From Microcoleus sp. (lineage in GTDB: Bacteria; Cyanobacteriota; Cyanobacteriia; Cyanobacteriales; Microcoleaceae): a stretch of DNA of 64,000 bases. The stretch is taken from contig CP181291.1 in NCBI GenBank assembly GCA_052279835.1, positions 2,560,001 to 2,624,000 of the forward strand. The letters are read 5' to 3'. Shown in pieces: positions 21,616 through 30,786 of this stretch; within the stretch, counting starts at the first letter, position 1; each line of letters starts with the position of its first letter. The position numbers were made by a program, and so were the translations under genes. Below the pieces are notes generated by a model. It was not told the DNA's origin, searched no databases, and saw nothing but the letters and a program-made list of their open reading frames with translations.

Positions 21616-22107
21616 ATGGCCGCCAGTTATTCCTTTGATATTGTGAGCGACTTCGACCGTCAAGAATTAGTTAATGCTGTTGACCAAACAACACGGGAAA
21701 TTCAAAGTCGCTACGACCTGAAAGACACCAAAACCACCGTGGAATTAGGTGCTGAATCCATTATTGTCAATACCGACAGTGAATTTACATTGGATGCAAT
21801 TCACACTGTTTTGCAAACTAAATCTGCCAAACGCAATTTGTCTCTGAAAATTTTTGATTATGGCAAAATTGAAGCTGCTAGTAACAGTCGGGTTCGGCAA
21901 GAAATTAAACTAAAAAAAGGGATTGACCAGGAAATTGCCAAAAAAATTACTAAATTAATTCGAGATGAATTTAAAAAGATTCAAGGATCGATTCAAGGCG
22001 ATGCGGTGCGGGTTTCTGCCAAGGATAAAGATGATTTGCAGTTGGTAATTCAACGATTGAAGCAAGAAGATTACCCCGTAGCTTTGCAGTTTACCAATTA
22101 TAGGTAA
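21616..22107 (+). CDS. yajQ: YajQ family cyclic-di-GMP-binding protein
   Basis: [14 protein letters not shown] and LQFTNYR motifs. Confidence 0.92.
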   Translation: MAASYSFDIVSDFDRQELVNAVDQTTREIQSRYDLKDTKTTVELGAESIIVNTDSEFTLDAIHTVLQTKSAKRNLSLKIFDYGKIEAASNSRVRQEIKLKKGIDQEIAKKITKLIRDEFKKIQGSIQGDAVRVSAKDKDDLQLVIQRLKQEDYPVALQFTNYR

Positions 22108-22153
22108 AATTTTGAAAGCTAACTCAAAGATACAATTGAGATCTAGCCGGATT

Positions 22154-23245
22154 TTAGTTACCCACCAATTCCCTAACCAAATTAGCCAAACGCTCTGCAC
22201 TGTCTGTCACAGCTAATTGAGCAGCAGCTTGGGACATTTTTGCCAAATATTGAGTGTCGCTAAGTAAATGTAAAACTTTACTTTGCAAAATATCGGCAGT
22301 CAATTCACTTTGACGAAATACCAAAGCCGCTCCCGAAGCGGCAAACACTTCGGCATTAAAACTTTGGTGGTTGTCCGCGGCGAAAGGAAAAGGAATTAAA
22401 ATAGCAGGCATTCCCGTCACTGCTAATTCTGTCATAGCACTAGCACCCGATCGACTAATTGCTAAATTTGCCCGGTGCAATAAACCAGCCACATTATCAT
22501 AAAATGGCATCGATATATATTGTGCGTGCTGCAAACTTTCAGCATCCGGGTCATTATTTCCGGTGAGGTGAACTACCCAAGCACCCGCATCAAACCAAGC
22601 AGGAGCACACTGTCTCACTAACTGATTAACTGCGACAGCACCTTGAGAGCCACCCATAACTAAAATTACAGGTACGTTGTCAGGAATTGGTAAATTGAGA
22701 GGTTCGCGAGTCAGGAATTGCGATCGCACCGGCGTACCAGCAAACACTGTTTTGGCGCGGGGTAAATACTGGGCTGCGGCCTCAAACCCGATCGCCACTG
22801 CACTGCAAATAGGACTAAACCAACGAGTCACCTTACCCGGAAAAACATTAGATTCGTGAAGAATTACCGGCAAACCCAAAGAGCGAGCGGCCAAAATTGC
22901 CGGTGCTGCGATGTAACCTCCGGTAGTAAATACTCCCTGAAAATTTCCCTGTTTGAGCAATCGGCGCACTTGGAGAATCGAGCTGGCGAGACCACCTAAA
23001 ATTCTCACTGTACCGAGTCCCAATCGCTGCTGAAAGCCTTCAACGGCGATGGTGTGGAGGGGGTAAAGGGAGGGGACTAACTGAGTCTCCATGCGGTCGG
23101 GAACTCCCAGCCATTCGATGTGACAGTCATGCAACTGTTGAGCGGTGGCGATCGCCGGAAATAAATGTCCTCCTGTGCCACTAGCTGCAATCAACAACCG
23201 GATAGGGGATTTAGTCAAGGTATTTGTCTCGGTTACAAGTTCCAC
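22154..23245 (-). CDS. murG: Undecaprenyldiphospho-muramoylpentapeptide GlcNAc transferase
   Basis: SGTGGHLFP, HESN, GGSQGA and SRSGAS motifs. Confidence 0.95.
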   Translation of the reverse strand: MELVTETNTLTKSPIRLLIAASGTGGHLFPAIATAQQLHDCHIEWLGVPDRMETQLVPSLYPLHTIAVEGFQQRLGLGTVRILGGLASSILQVRRLLKQGNFQGVFTTGGYIAAPAILAARSLGLPVILHESNVFPGKVTRWFSPICSAVAIGFEAAAQYLPRAKTVFAGTPVRSQFLTREPLNLPIPDNVPVILVMGGSQGAVAVNQLVRQCAPAWFDAGAWVVHLTGNNDPDAESLQHAQYISMPFYDNVAGLLHRANLAISRSGASAMTELAVTGMPAILIPFPFAADNHQSFNAEVFAASGAALVFRQSELTADILQSKVLHLLSDTQYLAKMSQAAAQLAVTDSAERLANLVRELVGN

Positions 23246-23428
23246 AGCTCGATCGATTTTGGGTTTAAGGTTTTAGATTATTATGCTGATTTTTCCGGCA
23301 GTTTCAGCCAATTTCCCATCAGCCATCTAAAATTAGATAGTGCCGTGTTCCGCTCAGTTGTCAGTCTTTGTTGCAGGCGAACCATTGTCCGCTTCGCGAC
23401 CCCTGACAAATAACCAAATTATCATCTA

Positions 23429-24347
23429 ATGCGTAATTTTTTGAATTTAGTGCCAAGTGTATCTCAGTATTGGACCAGCGATCGGCCCAAAAAAGCCGAT
23501 CGCCGGTACATCCGCCTGTCGGCTCCCCTGAGCGTAGTCGAAAGCTCGATCGCCCCTTTGTTGATATGTTTGACAGTTCTCAGTAGTAGCATACTGCATC
23601 CTGCCCAGGCCAGAGCCCAAGGAGTGCGGGAGATGAATCCAAGAGTACAAGCTCAAACCCCTACAGCGGCACCGGCTGAATTGACAAAACTGCTAACGGA
23701 AATTGACGCAGCGGCAAATCGTCGCGATGTCAAAGCAGTAATGGCATTTTATGGTCAAAATTTCACTCATTCTGACGGATTTAACAGTCAGAAGATGGAA
23801 ACAGCATTAACTCAACTTTGGCAGCGCTATCCCAGTTTAAATTACAGCACAGAGCTCAAATCTTGGAAAGCCGAAGGCAGCGCGATTGTTGCTGAAACCG
23901 TGACTACAATCGCCGGCACTCAGAAAAAAGACGGCAGAGACTTAACTCTCAAAGCTACTATTCGTTCTCAGCAACACTTTGAAGGTCAAAAAATAGTCAA
24001 ACAAGAGATTTTAGCAGAACAAACTCAGCTCAGTTTCTGGCAAAAATCCTCCCACGATTCAAGTGAACTTGCCAGAGCAAGTTAAGGTGGGTGAAGACTA
24101 CCATTTTGATGCAATTGTTCGAGAGCCGATCGGGGATGACATTTTAATAGGAACTGTGGTGGAAGCACCAGTCGGCGAGCAAACATCCATCAAGCCCCCA
24201 CAAGTCGATTTAGAGTTGTTGAATTCCGGGGGGATTTTTAAAATAGGTAAAGCTCCAGCCACACCGGAAAATCGCTTGGTTTCAGCAGTATTGATGCGAC
24301 AAGGTGGTATAACCACAGTCACTGTGCGCTTGCGAGTTGTCAAATAA
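23429..24347 (+). pseudogene. NTF2/SnoaL-like secreted protein, split by a +1 frameshift at ~24035
   Basis: Removing one T in cagtttctggc gives the continuous reading QLSSGKNPPTIQVNLPEQVKVG. Confidence 0.7.
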
Positions 24348-24349
24348 AT

Positions 24350-24432
24350 ATGTTATTGGTTATTGGTAACAGGTTATTGGGAAAAACCAACAACTAACAA
24401 CTAATAACTAATAACTAATAACTAATAATTAA
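24350..24432. repeat. STRR tract (TTATTGG / TAATAAC)
   Basis: Seen directly. Confidence 0.8.
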
Positions 24433-24440
24433 TAAGAAAA

Positions 24441-25223
24441 ATGATTTCTCTCCAAAATCAAATTGTTTTAATTACCGGTGCCAGTAGCGGTATCGGAGCA
24501 GCCTGTGCCAAGATATTTGCTAGGGGTGGCGCTAAACTAATTTTAGCCGCGCGGCGCATCGACAAGCTCGATAGACTGGCAAAGGAACTGGTAGAAACCG
24601 GAGTAATAGCATCGGCAAACCAAATTTATTTGCTAGAGTTAGACGTGCGCGATCGCCCAAAAGTCGAATCGGCTATAGATACACTACCCGAAGCTTGGAA
24701 AGCGATCGATATTTTGATTAACAATGCCGGCTTAAGTCGAGGCTTAGACAAACTGCACGAAGGGAAATTTCAAGACTGGGAAGAAATGATTGATACCAAT
24801 GTAAAAGGCTTGCTTTACATGACTCGCTACATCGTACCTGGAATGGTAAATCGATCTCGCGGTCACGTAATCAATATTGGTTCCATTGCAGGTCGGGAAA
24901 CCTACCCAAAAGGCAATGTTTATTGTGCTACCAAAGCGGCGGTAAAAGCAATTTCCGAAGGGTTAAAACAAGACCTATTAGGAACACCAGTCCGAGTAAC
25001 ACAGATAGAACCAGGTTTAGTGGAAACAGAATTTAGCAATGTCAGGTTTCACGGCGACGCAGAAAAAGCAAAAAATGTCTACCAAGGATTAACACCCCTG
25101 ACTGGTGATGATGTAGCCGATGTCGTGTATTTTTGTGCAACGCGATCGCCCCACGTTAATATTAGCGAAATTTTGCTAGTTCCCACAGACCAAGCCACTG
25201 CAACCCTAGTTCACCGAAAATAG
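24441..25223 (+). CDS. Short-chain dehydrogenase/reductase (YdfG-like)
   Basis: TGASSGIG, NNAG and YCATK motifs. Confidence 0.92.
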   Translation: MISLQNQIVLITGASSGIGAACAKIFARGGAKLILAARRIDKLDRLAKELVETGVIASANQIYLLELDVRDRPKVESAIDTLPEAWKAIDILINNAGLSRGLDKLHEGKFQDWEEMIDTNVKGLLYMTRYIVPGMVNRSRGHVINIGSIAGRETYPKGNVYCATKAAVKAISEGLKQDLLGTPVRVTQIEPGLVETEFSNVRFHGDAEKAKNVYQGLTPLTGDDVADVVYFCATRSPHVNISEILLVPTDQATATLVHRK

Positions 25224-25260
25224 TTTGGATGTTTGACTGAGGATTTTCCGGATCTAAATA

Positions 25261-26926
25261 GGGCTTGCTGAATAATCGATCGCACTTGACGTGGCATGGA
25301 TTAAGAACTGGTGCGATCGACAGTCAGGTGCAAAAAAAACAGGTAAAATAGATCAAAACTCGTGCATCACCATCTGCGATCGTGTATCGAAAAGCTGAGC
25401 TTGCTCACCCCTCACCCTCCGACTTTGAACTCCCCTCATGTGGAAAGTTGTCAGCAGATAACCGTTGGGTAAAAATGGCCCAAATAATCCCGTGGTCTGA
25501 ATTTGAATCAGAATATGCGGCCAACTTCCCCACAGAAAAGGGGGCTCCTGCTAAATGCTTTAGGATGGCATTGGGGGCATTAATTATTAAAGAAAAATTA
25601 GGAATTAGCGATCGTGAAACAGTAGAACAGATCCGTGAAAACCCCTATCTGCAATACTTCATCGGTCAATCAAGCTACAGCAACGAACTCGCATTTGACC
25701 CATCACTCTTAGTACACTTTCGGCAACGAATTAGTCCCAATCTAATTAATCAAGTGAACGAACGCATGGTCAAAAAAATGCGAGAACTCACGCCAGTCAA
25801 ACCTGAAAAAAAAAAGGATCCGGACGCCAAAAATGAGTTATCCAATCGCGGCCAATTGATCGTAGATGCAACCTGCGCCCCAGCCGACATTAGTTATCCG
25901 ACCGACTTAGGACTATTAAACAGAGCCAGAGTTCATACAGAAAAAATCCTAGACATTCTGTATAAACAAATTAAAGAAAACACCACTAAAAAACCAAGAA
26001 CCTACCGTAATCTAGCGAGGAAAGACTACTTAGCAGTAGCCAAACAACGACGACCGACCAAAAACAAAAAAAGACAAGCAATTAAAAAACAACTTCAATA
26101 CATAAAAAGAAACCTAGCTCATATTGAACAGCTAATCGATTCAGGTGCGAGCCTAGAAGCTCTGAATAAAAAGCAATATAAAACCTTGTTAGTCCTGACA
26201 GAGGTCTATCGCCAACAGCAATGGTTATTTGACAATAATAAACAGAGTATTGAGGATAGAATAGTAAGTTTAAGCCAACCCCATATCCGTCCCATAGTCA
26301 GAGGAAAAGCAGGAAAAAGCGTAGAATTTGGAGCCAAAATATCAGCCAGTTGTTTTGAGGGATATGTATTTTTAGACCGGATGAGCTGGGATAACTTTAA
26401 CGAATCAGGGGACTTAAAAACACAAGTAGAAGCATATCATAAATTCACAGGGTATTATCCAGAGTCAGTTCATGCAGATCGCATTTACCGAAATCGGGAA
26501 AACCGAGCATGGTGTAAAGAAAAAGGCATTAGGCTGAGTGGGCCGCCATTAGGAAGACCGCCAGCAAATGTGAGTAAATCAAAAAAGAGGCAAGCGTTGG
26601 AAGATGAGAGGATTAGAAATGCCATTGAGGGCAAGTTTGGGCAAGGAAAACGAAGATTCGGTCTCAATCGAGTGATGGCAAAACTTGATAATACATCTGG
26701 TACAGTTATTGCAATTACTTTTTTGGTAATGAACCTTGCTACCTGGTGGCGCCGGGTTTTTTGTGTGTTTTTATGTCTATTTGGAAAAAGAACACCTGTT
26801 TTTGGCTTGAATATAATCTACAATTATAACTGGGTGGAATCAATGCCGAAACAACTTATAGTTAACTCTGCTTGAATATATCGATCGCTCCTGCTCTTGG
26901 TTGGCGATCGATTATTCAGCAAACCC
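25261..26926 (+). mobile_element. IS5-family insertion sequence, copy 2 (1666 bp)
   Basis: Same TIRs as copy 1; 6-bp TSD TAAATA at 25255-25260 and 26927-26932. Confidence 0.95.
25382..26875 (+). CDS. IS5-family DDE transposase
   Basis: Protein identical to 395-1888. Confidence 0.93.
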   Translation: MYRKAELAHPSPSDFELPSCGKLSADNRWVKMAQIIPWSEFESEYAANFPTEKGAPAKCFRMALGALIIKEKLGISDRETVEQIRENPYLQYFIGQSSYSNELAFDPSLLVHFRQRISPNLINQVNERMVKKMRELTPVKPEKKKDPDAKNELSNRGQLIVDATCAPADISYPTDLGLLNRARVHTEKILDILYKQIKENTTKKPRTYRNLARKDYLAVAKQRRPTKNKKRQAIKKQLQYIKRNLAHIEQLIDSGASLEALNKKQYKTLLVLTEVYRQQQWLFDNNKQSIEDRIVSLSQPHIRPIVRGKAGKSVEFGAKISASCFEGYVFLDRMSWDNFNESGDLKTQVEAYHKFTGYYPESVHADRIYRNRENRAWCKEKGIRLSGPPLGRPPANVSKSKKRQALEDERIRNAIEGKFGQGKRRFGLNRVMAKLDNTSGTVIAITFLVMNLATWWRRVFCVFLCLFGKRTPVFGLNIIYNYNWVESMPKQLIVNSA

Positions 26927-26949
26927 TAAATAGCATCCCTAGGAAAGTA

Positions 26950-28280
26950 GATAGGTAGATGCACCCTGATTGATTGATAACTCCCGACCAAATATGGCCG
27001 GGTTTTTTGTCTATGACAGCCACAGCGCCAAACATATCCGTCCCTCTGCGGTCAAAAAATCAAATTCATCCTGAACATCCCTCCAGCCCATGAAAAGTAA
27101 ATAAAGATGCACCCTGATTAATAACCCCAGCCAAATTTGGCCGGGGTTTTTTTTGTCTACTAATATCAAATCCGGTAGCATCTGAATTATTCATCTCTCT
27201 ATTCTCGGACTCTGTGTCCTCTGCGGTTAATATCAAATCCGTTGACATCGGAATTATTATTTCTCTCTTCTCTTTCTCTGTGTCCTCTGTGTTCTCTGTG
27301 GTTTAATCATTCCGATACAACCGGAAACGATATAACTCCCGACCAAATTTGGCCGGTTTTTTTTGTCTAGTACAACCCCAGCGCCAAACCTCCGCGCCCT
27401 TCTCCGGTGAAAAAATCAAATTCATCCTGAAAGAGGTCTGAACATACCGGAGACTATATTAGTAGATGCACCCTGATTAATTAACTCCCGACCAAATTTG
27501 GCCGGGTTTTTTTTTGTCTACTAAAGCCACAGCGCCAAATATCTCCGTCCCTCGGCGGTGCAAAAAATCAAATTCATCCTGAAAGAGGTCTGAACATACC
27601 GGAGACTATATTAGTAGATGCACCCTGATTAATTAACTCCCGACCAAATTTGGCCGGGTTTTTTTTGTCGATGACAGCCACAGCGCCAAAAATCTGAGTC
27701 CCTAGGATGTAAAAAAAATCAAATTCATCCTGAAAGAGGTCGGAACATACCGGAGACTATATTAGTAGATGCACCCTGATTAATTAACTCCCGACCAAAT
27801 TTGGCCGGGTTTTTTTTGTCTACTAAAGCCCCAGCGCCAAATATCTGCGTCCCTCTGCCGTAAAAAAATCAAATTCATCCTGAAAGAGGTCGGAACCTAC
27901 CGGAAACTTGATAAGTAGATGCACCCTGATTAATTAACTCCCGACCAAATTTGGCCGGGTTTTTTTGTCTACTAAAGCCCCAGCGCCAAACATCTGCGTC
28001 CCTCGGCGGTGAAAAAAATCAAATTCATCCTGAAAGAGGTCTGAACATACCGGAGACTATATTAGTAGATGCACCCTGATTAATTAACTCCCGACCAAAT
28101 TTGGCCGGGTTTTTTTTGTCTACTAAAGCCACAGCGCCAAACATCCGCGTCCTTCTGCCGTAAAAAAATCAAATTCATCCTGAAAGATGTCAGAACCTAC
28201 CGGAAACTTGATAAGTAGATGCACCCTGATTAATAACCCCAGCCAAATTTGGCCGGGGTTTTTTTTGTCTAGGACAGCCA
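26950..28280 (+). ncRNA. Tandem array of putative ~50-nt sRNA genes (NsiR1-like), ~150-bp units, 8 complete copies and 1 partial
   Basis: AGATGCACCCTGAT cores at about 26956, 27104, 27463, 27615, 27766, 27916, 28066 and 28216, each followed by a GC hairpin and T-run; TCCTGA lies 29-32 nt upstream. Confidence 0.65.
27163..27333. mobile_element. MITE-like element inserted in the array
   Basis: Imperfect TIRs ATATCAAATCCGG / CCGGAAACGATAT; internal CTCTGTGTCCTCTG motif also seen inverted at ~49590. Confidence 0.6.
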
Positions 28281-28348
28281 AGACGATTTTTCAAAGAAAG
28301 TGGGTTTTTTGCGTCTACGACTGTTTGCCATCGAAGGAATCGTTTAGC

Positions 28349-28570
28349 CTAAAGCACTTCAAAAGACTGCACCTCAAGCACAGGCCCGATCATCGCAAAA
28401 GTCATAATGTCCTTACGCACCAAACCTTTGACACGGACTTTCAAACCCTCTTTTTTCAGTTCAGAAGAAGCATCCTTAAGTTCATAAGTTTCCCCATCTT
28501 CGCCCACCAAGGCCCAAGTACCTGGTCCCAAGCCTTGGCGTTCAATTACACCCTTGACTGTAATACTCAT
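28349..28570 (-). CDS. Small conserved hypothetical protein, translationally coupled to the S8 peptidase
   Basis: 73 aa; ATGA overlap at 28567-28570. Confidence 0.75.
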   Translation of the reverse strand: MSITVKGVIERQGLGPGTWALVGEDGETYELKDASSELKKEGLKVRVKGLVRKDIMTFAMIGPVLEVQSFEVL

Positions 28571-30336
28571 GCTGACTGAACCTCTGTTTTAATTGCTAAA
28601 CGTGCTAGCCCGAAACATAGAAAAGCATTGACAATTAAAAATGTTTGTGCTACTAAACCTGTTCCCAATCCCCAAACACTGGGAGACACAAAAGCATTGA
28701 CTGCTAAACTGCTAGCAAAGCCGATCGATGTGGCGATCGCAATCCACTTCCACTGTGGATGTCCCAACAGCAACACAATTAAAATCCCAGGAATCAACAC
28801 ACTAGCAAAGATTGGATTCAGGATACTACTGCCATTAATTGCGCCACCAAGTTCGGGAATAGAACTGCCCATCACCCGCAGCGGCCATTGCGGGAGGTCA
28901 AATACAAACAAATTTCTTAGGAAAAAGAACCCAGAACTACCAGCCATCAAACCGCCCGAAAAACCCCAAGTCCACTGGAATGGGAAATAGTTCCGCAACA
29001 AGAAAGCCAGCAGATAGGAACCGAGCACCATTGCAATCTTAGGTAACAGCGCCACAGCACCGCCATCGATCCAGAAATGGGGACTGAGATAGCCATTGTC
29101 ATGCAACCAGCGGAAGAAATCGCGGAAGTTGATTTGACCTTTGTGGGCTAGCTGAACAGCCGCGGCGGCGTCGAGGTTTCCGGCACCAAAATGGTTGAGG
29201 GGGTCTTCGCCCACAACTCGCGCCGATTGTAAAAGTACGCTGCGAATTTGGTCTGGTTCTTGGATACCGGAGGCTTTGATCAGGGCTGCAACGGCGGCAA
29301 CGTGGGGAGATGCCATGCTTGTACCTTGGTAGCCTTCAAAAATTTCTGCACCAGTTTCTGGGTCGATCGTACTTTGGAGAATTTTCCCAGTTTCAGAACC
29401 ACCGGGGGCTGAAATGTCAACTCCCGCGCCGAAATTGGAGTAAGAAGCTTTTTCGTCGTCCGGGCCGAGGGCAGAAACGCCGATGACGTGGGGATAGCGG
29501 GCTGGATAGGAGGCGGAACTATCGCCCGAATTGCCGGCGGCTGCGATGACGACAACGCCTTTACTGTGGGCGTAGTCGATCGCCTCTGCCATTAACTGAC
29601 TTTCGCCACCGCCACCGAGACTCATGTTAATCACATCCGCCCCATTATCCGCCGCAAATTTGATGGCTTCAGCGATGTCAGAAACCGTACCGCCACCACT
29701 ACCACCCAAGACTTTTAGTGGCATTAAGGCTGCTTCGTAAGCAATACCAGCAACACCGTAATTGTTGTTAGTTGATTGGGCGACTGTACCGGCGACGTGA
29801 GTACCGTGGCCGTTGTCATCGAAGGCTTCGGCGCGATCGTTTACAAAGTCGTAGCCCGGTACAAATTTGGTTTCTTTTAAGTCCGTAACTGGGGAGATTC
29901 CCGTATCAATTATCGCTACTGTTGTGCCACTGCCTTTGGTTTCGTTCCAGGCAGATTCTACATTGATGCTGCGGAGATTCCACTGTTTGTTATACATGGG
30001 GTCGTTGGGAATCTCGAAAGCGCTGTAAACGTAGTTTGGTTCAATGTATTCGGTATCTTTAGCCAAATTTGATTTTTTCAGGGCATTTAACAAATTGCGA
30101 TCGCCCTTGACAACATACACATTATCCTGTTGGGAAAACTCGCTATTGAGTTGGGGATTGACGTGGTACTTGTTGGCGATCGCCTCTACTTGTTTGACAA
30201 TCTCAACAGCACCAACATCTTCGCGGAAATCCAGCAAAATAGAATCATAGGTCCCTTGAGTCGCCAATCCTGGGAAACTAGAAATTGCCCAGCCGAGTCC
30301 GATAAAAAATAAGCACAGAACGAAAAACTTTTTCAT
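28567..30336 (-). CDS. Subtilisin-family (S8) serine peptidase with C-terminal membrane domain
   Basis: IIDTG, HGTHVAG and GTSMASPHV triad; signal peptide from MKKFFVL. Confidence 0.93.
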   Translation of the reverse strand: MKKFFVLCLFFIGLGWAISSFPGLATQGTYDSILLDFREDVGAVEIVKQVEAIANKYHVNPQLNSEFSQQDNVYVVKGDRNLLNALKKSNLAKDTEYIEPNYVYSAFEIPNDPMYNKQWNLRSINVESAWNETKGSGTTVAIIDTGISPVTDLKETKFVPGYDFVNDRAEAFDDNGHGTHVAGTVAQSTNNNYGVAGIAYEAALMPLKVLGGSGGGTVSDIAEAIKFAADNGADVINMSLGGGGESQLMAEAIDYAHSKGVVVIAAAGNSGDSSASYPARYPHVIGVSALGPDDEKASYSNFGAGVDISAPGGSETGKILQSTIDPETGAEIFEGYQGTSMASPHVAAVAALIKASGIQEPDQIRSVLLQSARVVGEDPLNHFGAGNLDAAAAVQLAHKGQINFRDFFRWLHDNGYLSPHFWIDGGAVALLPKIAMVLGSYLLAFLLRNYFPFQWTWGFSGGLMAGSSGFFFLRNLFVFDLPQWPLRVMGSSIPELGGAINGSSILNPIFASVLIPGILIVLLLGHPQWKWIAIATSIGFASSLAVNAFVSPSVWGLGTGLVAQTFLIVNAFLCFGLARLAIKTEVQSA

Positions 30337-30555
30337 GCCAATGATCCTTGTAGGGAAGGCTTGCTCACCACCATAACCCAATTTTAACCCCTTGTCATTG
30401 GCACCAACAGCTATCAATTTGCGATGAGGGAATTAAACCCGCAGAAGCTGCTAGTTTACCAGCATTGCTGTATTCGGTTAAGTTTCCCCTGACATAAATC
30501 TAAAATTTAAAATAGTTTCAAAAGCGCGATCTATTTCCAGCGATCGGTCAAATAA

Positions 30556-30690
30556 TAAGTAAGTCCACCTAATTAAATGCAAGATCCAAATCGCTCAAAA
30601 GCTTACTGGCTTGCTATTCTTCACATCGATCTTCTTCCTGAATTTCCCCCCTTGGGAGGGGTAGGGGGGGTGACTTCTTCCTTCTACTTA
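30556..30690 (-). repeat. MITE-like dispersed repeat (inverted copy of the 7194-7299 family)
   Basis: Reverse-complement match. Confidence 0.75.
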
Positions 30691-30705
30691 AAAAAATATT
30701 TGAAA

Positions 30706-30732
30706 TTTTAGGTGGCTTGATGCCACCTAAAA
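30706..30732. terminator. Intrinsic terminator-like hairpin downstream of the RTX gene
   Basis: TTTTAGGTGGC-ttgat-GCCACCTAAAA. Confidence 0.65.
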
Positions 30733-30786
30733 TCAGTCGTCTAGTATTCCCATTCAGTTTAAGAACGGGAATACTAGAGCAATGGG

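Noticed and set aside
21378..21663. ORFs made of VIGYWLL / PIPNSQ repeats (also 36833-37123)
   Set aside because: Translations of STRR heptamer tracts
344..26926. Composite transposon formed by the two IS5 copies
   Set aside because: Each IS has its own distinct TSD and the enclosed genes are mostly housekeeping
26950..28280. CRISPR array interpretation of the 150-bp repeats
   Set aside because: The conserved part is far longer than a CRISPR repeat, the variable parts are mutually homologous, each unit has a terminator, and no cas genes are present
28187..28579. 130-aa plus-strand ORF starting in the last array unit
   Set aside because: Crosses a terminator and is antisense to a credible gene
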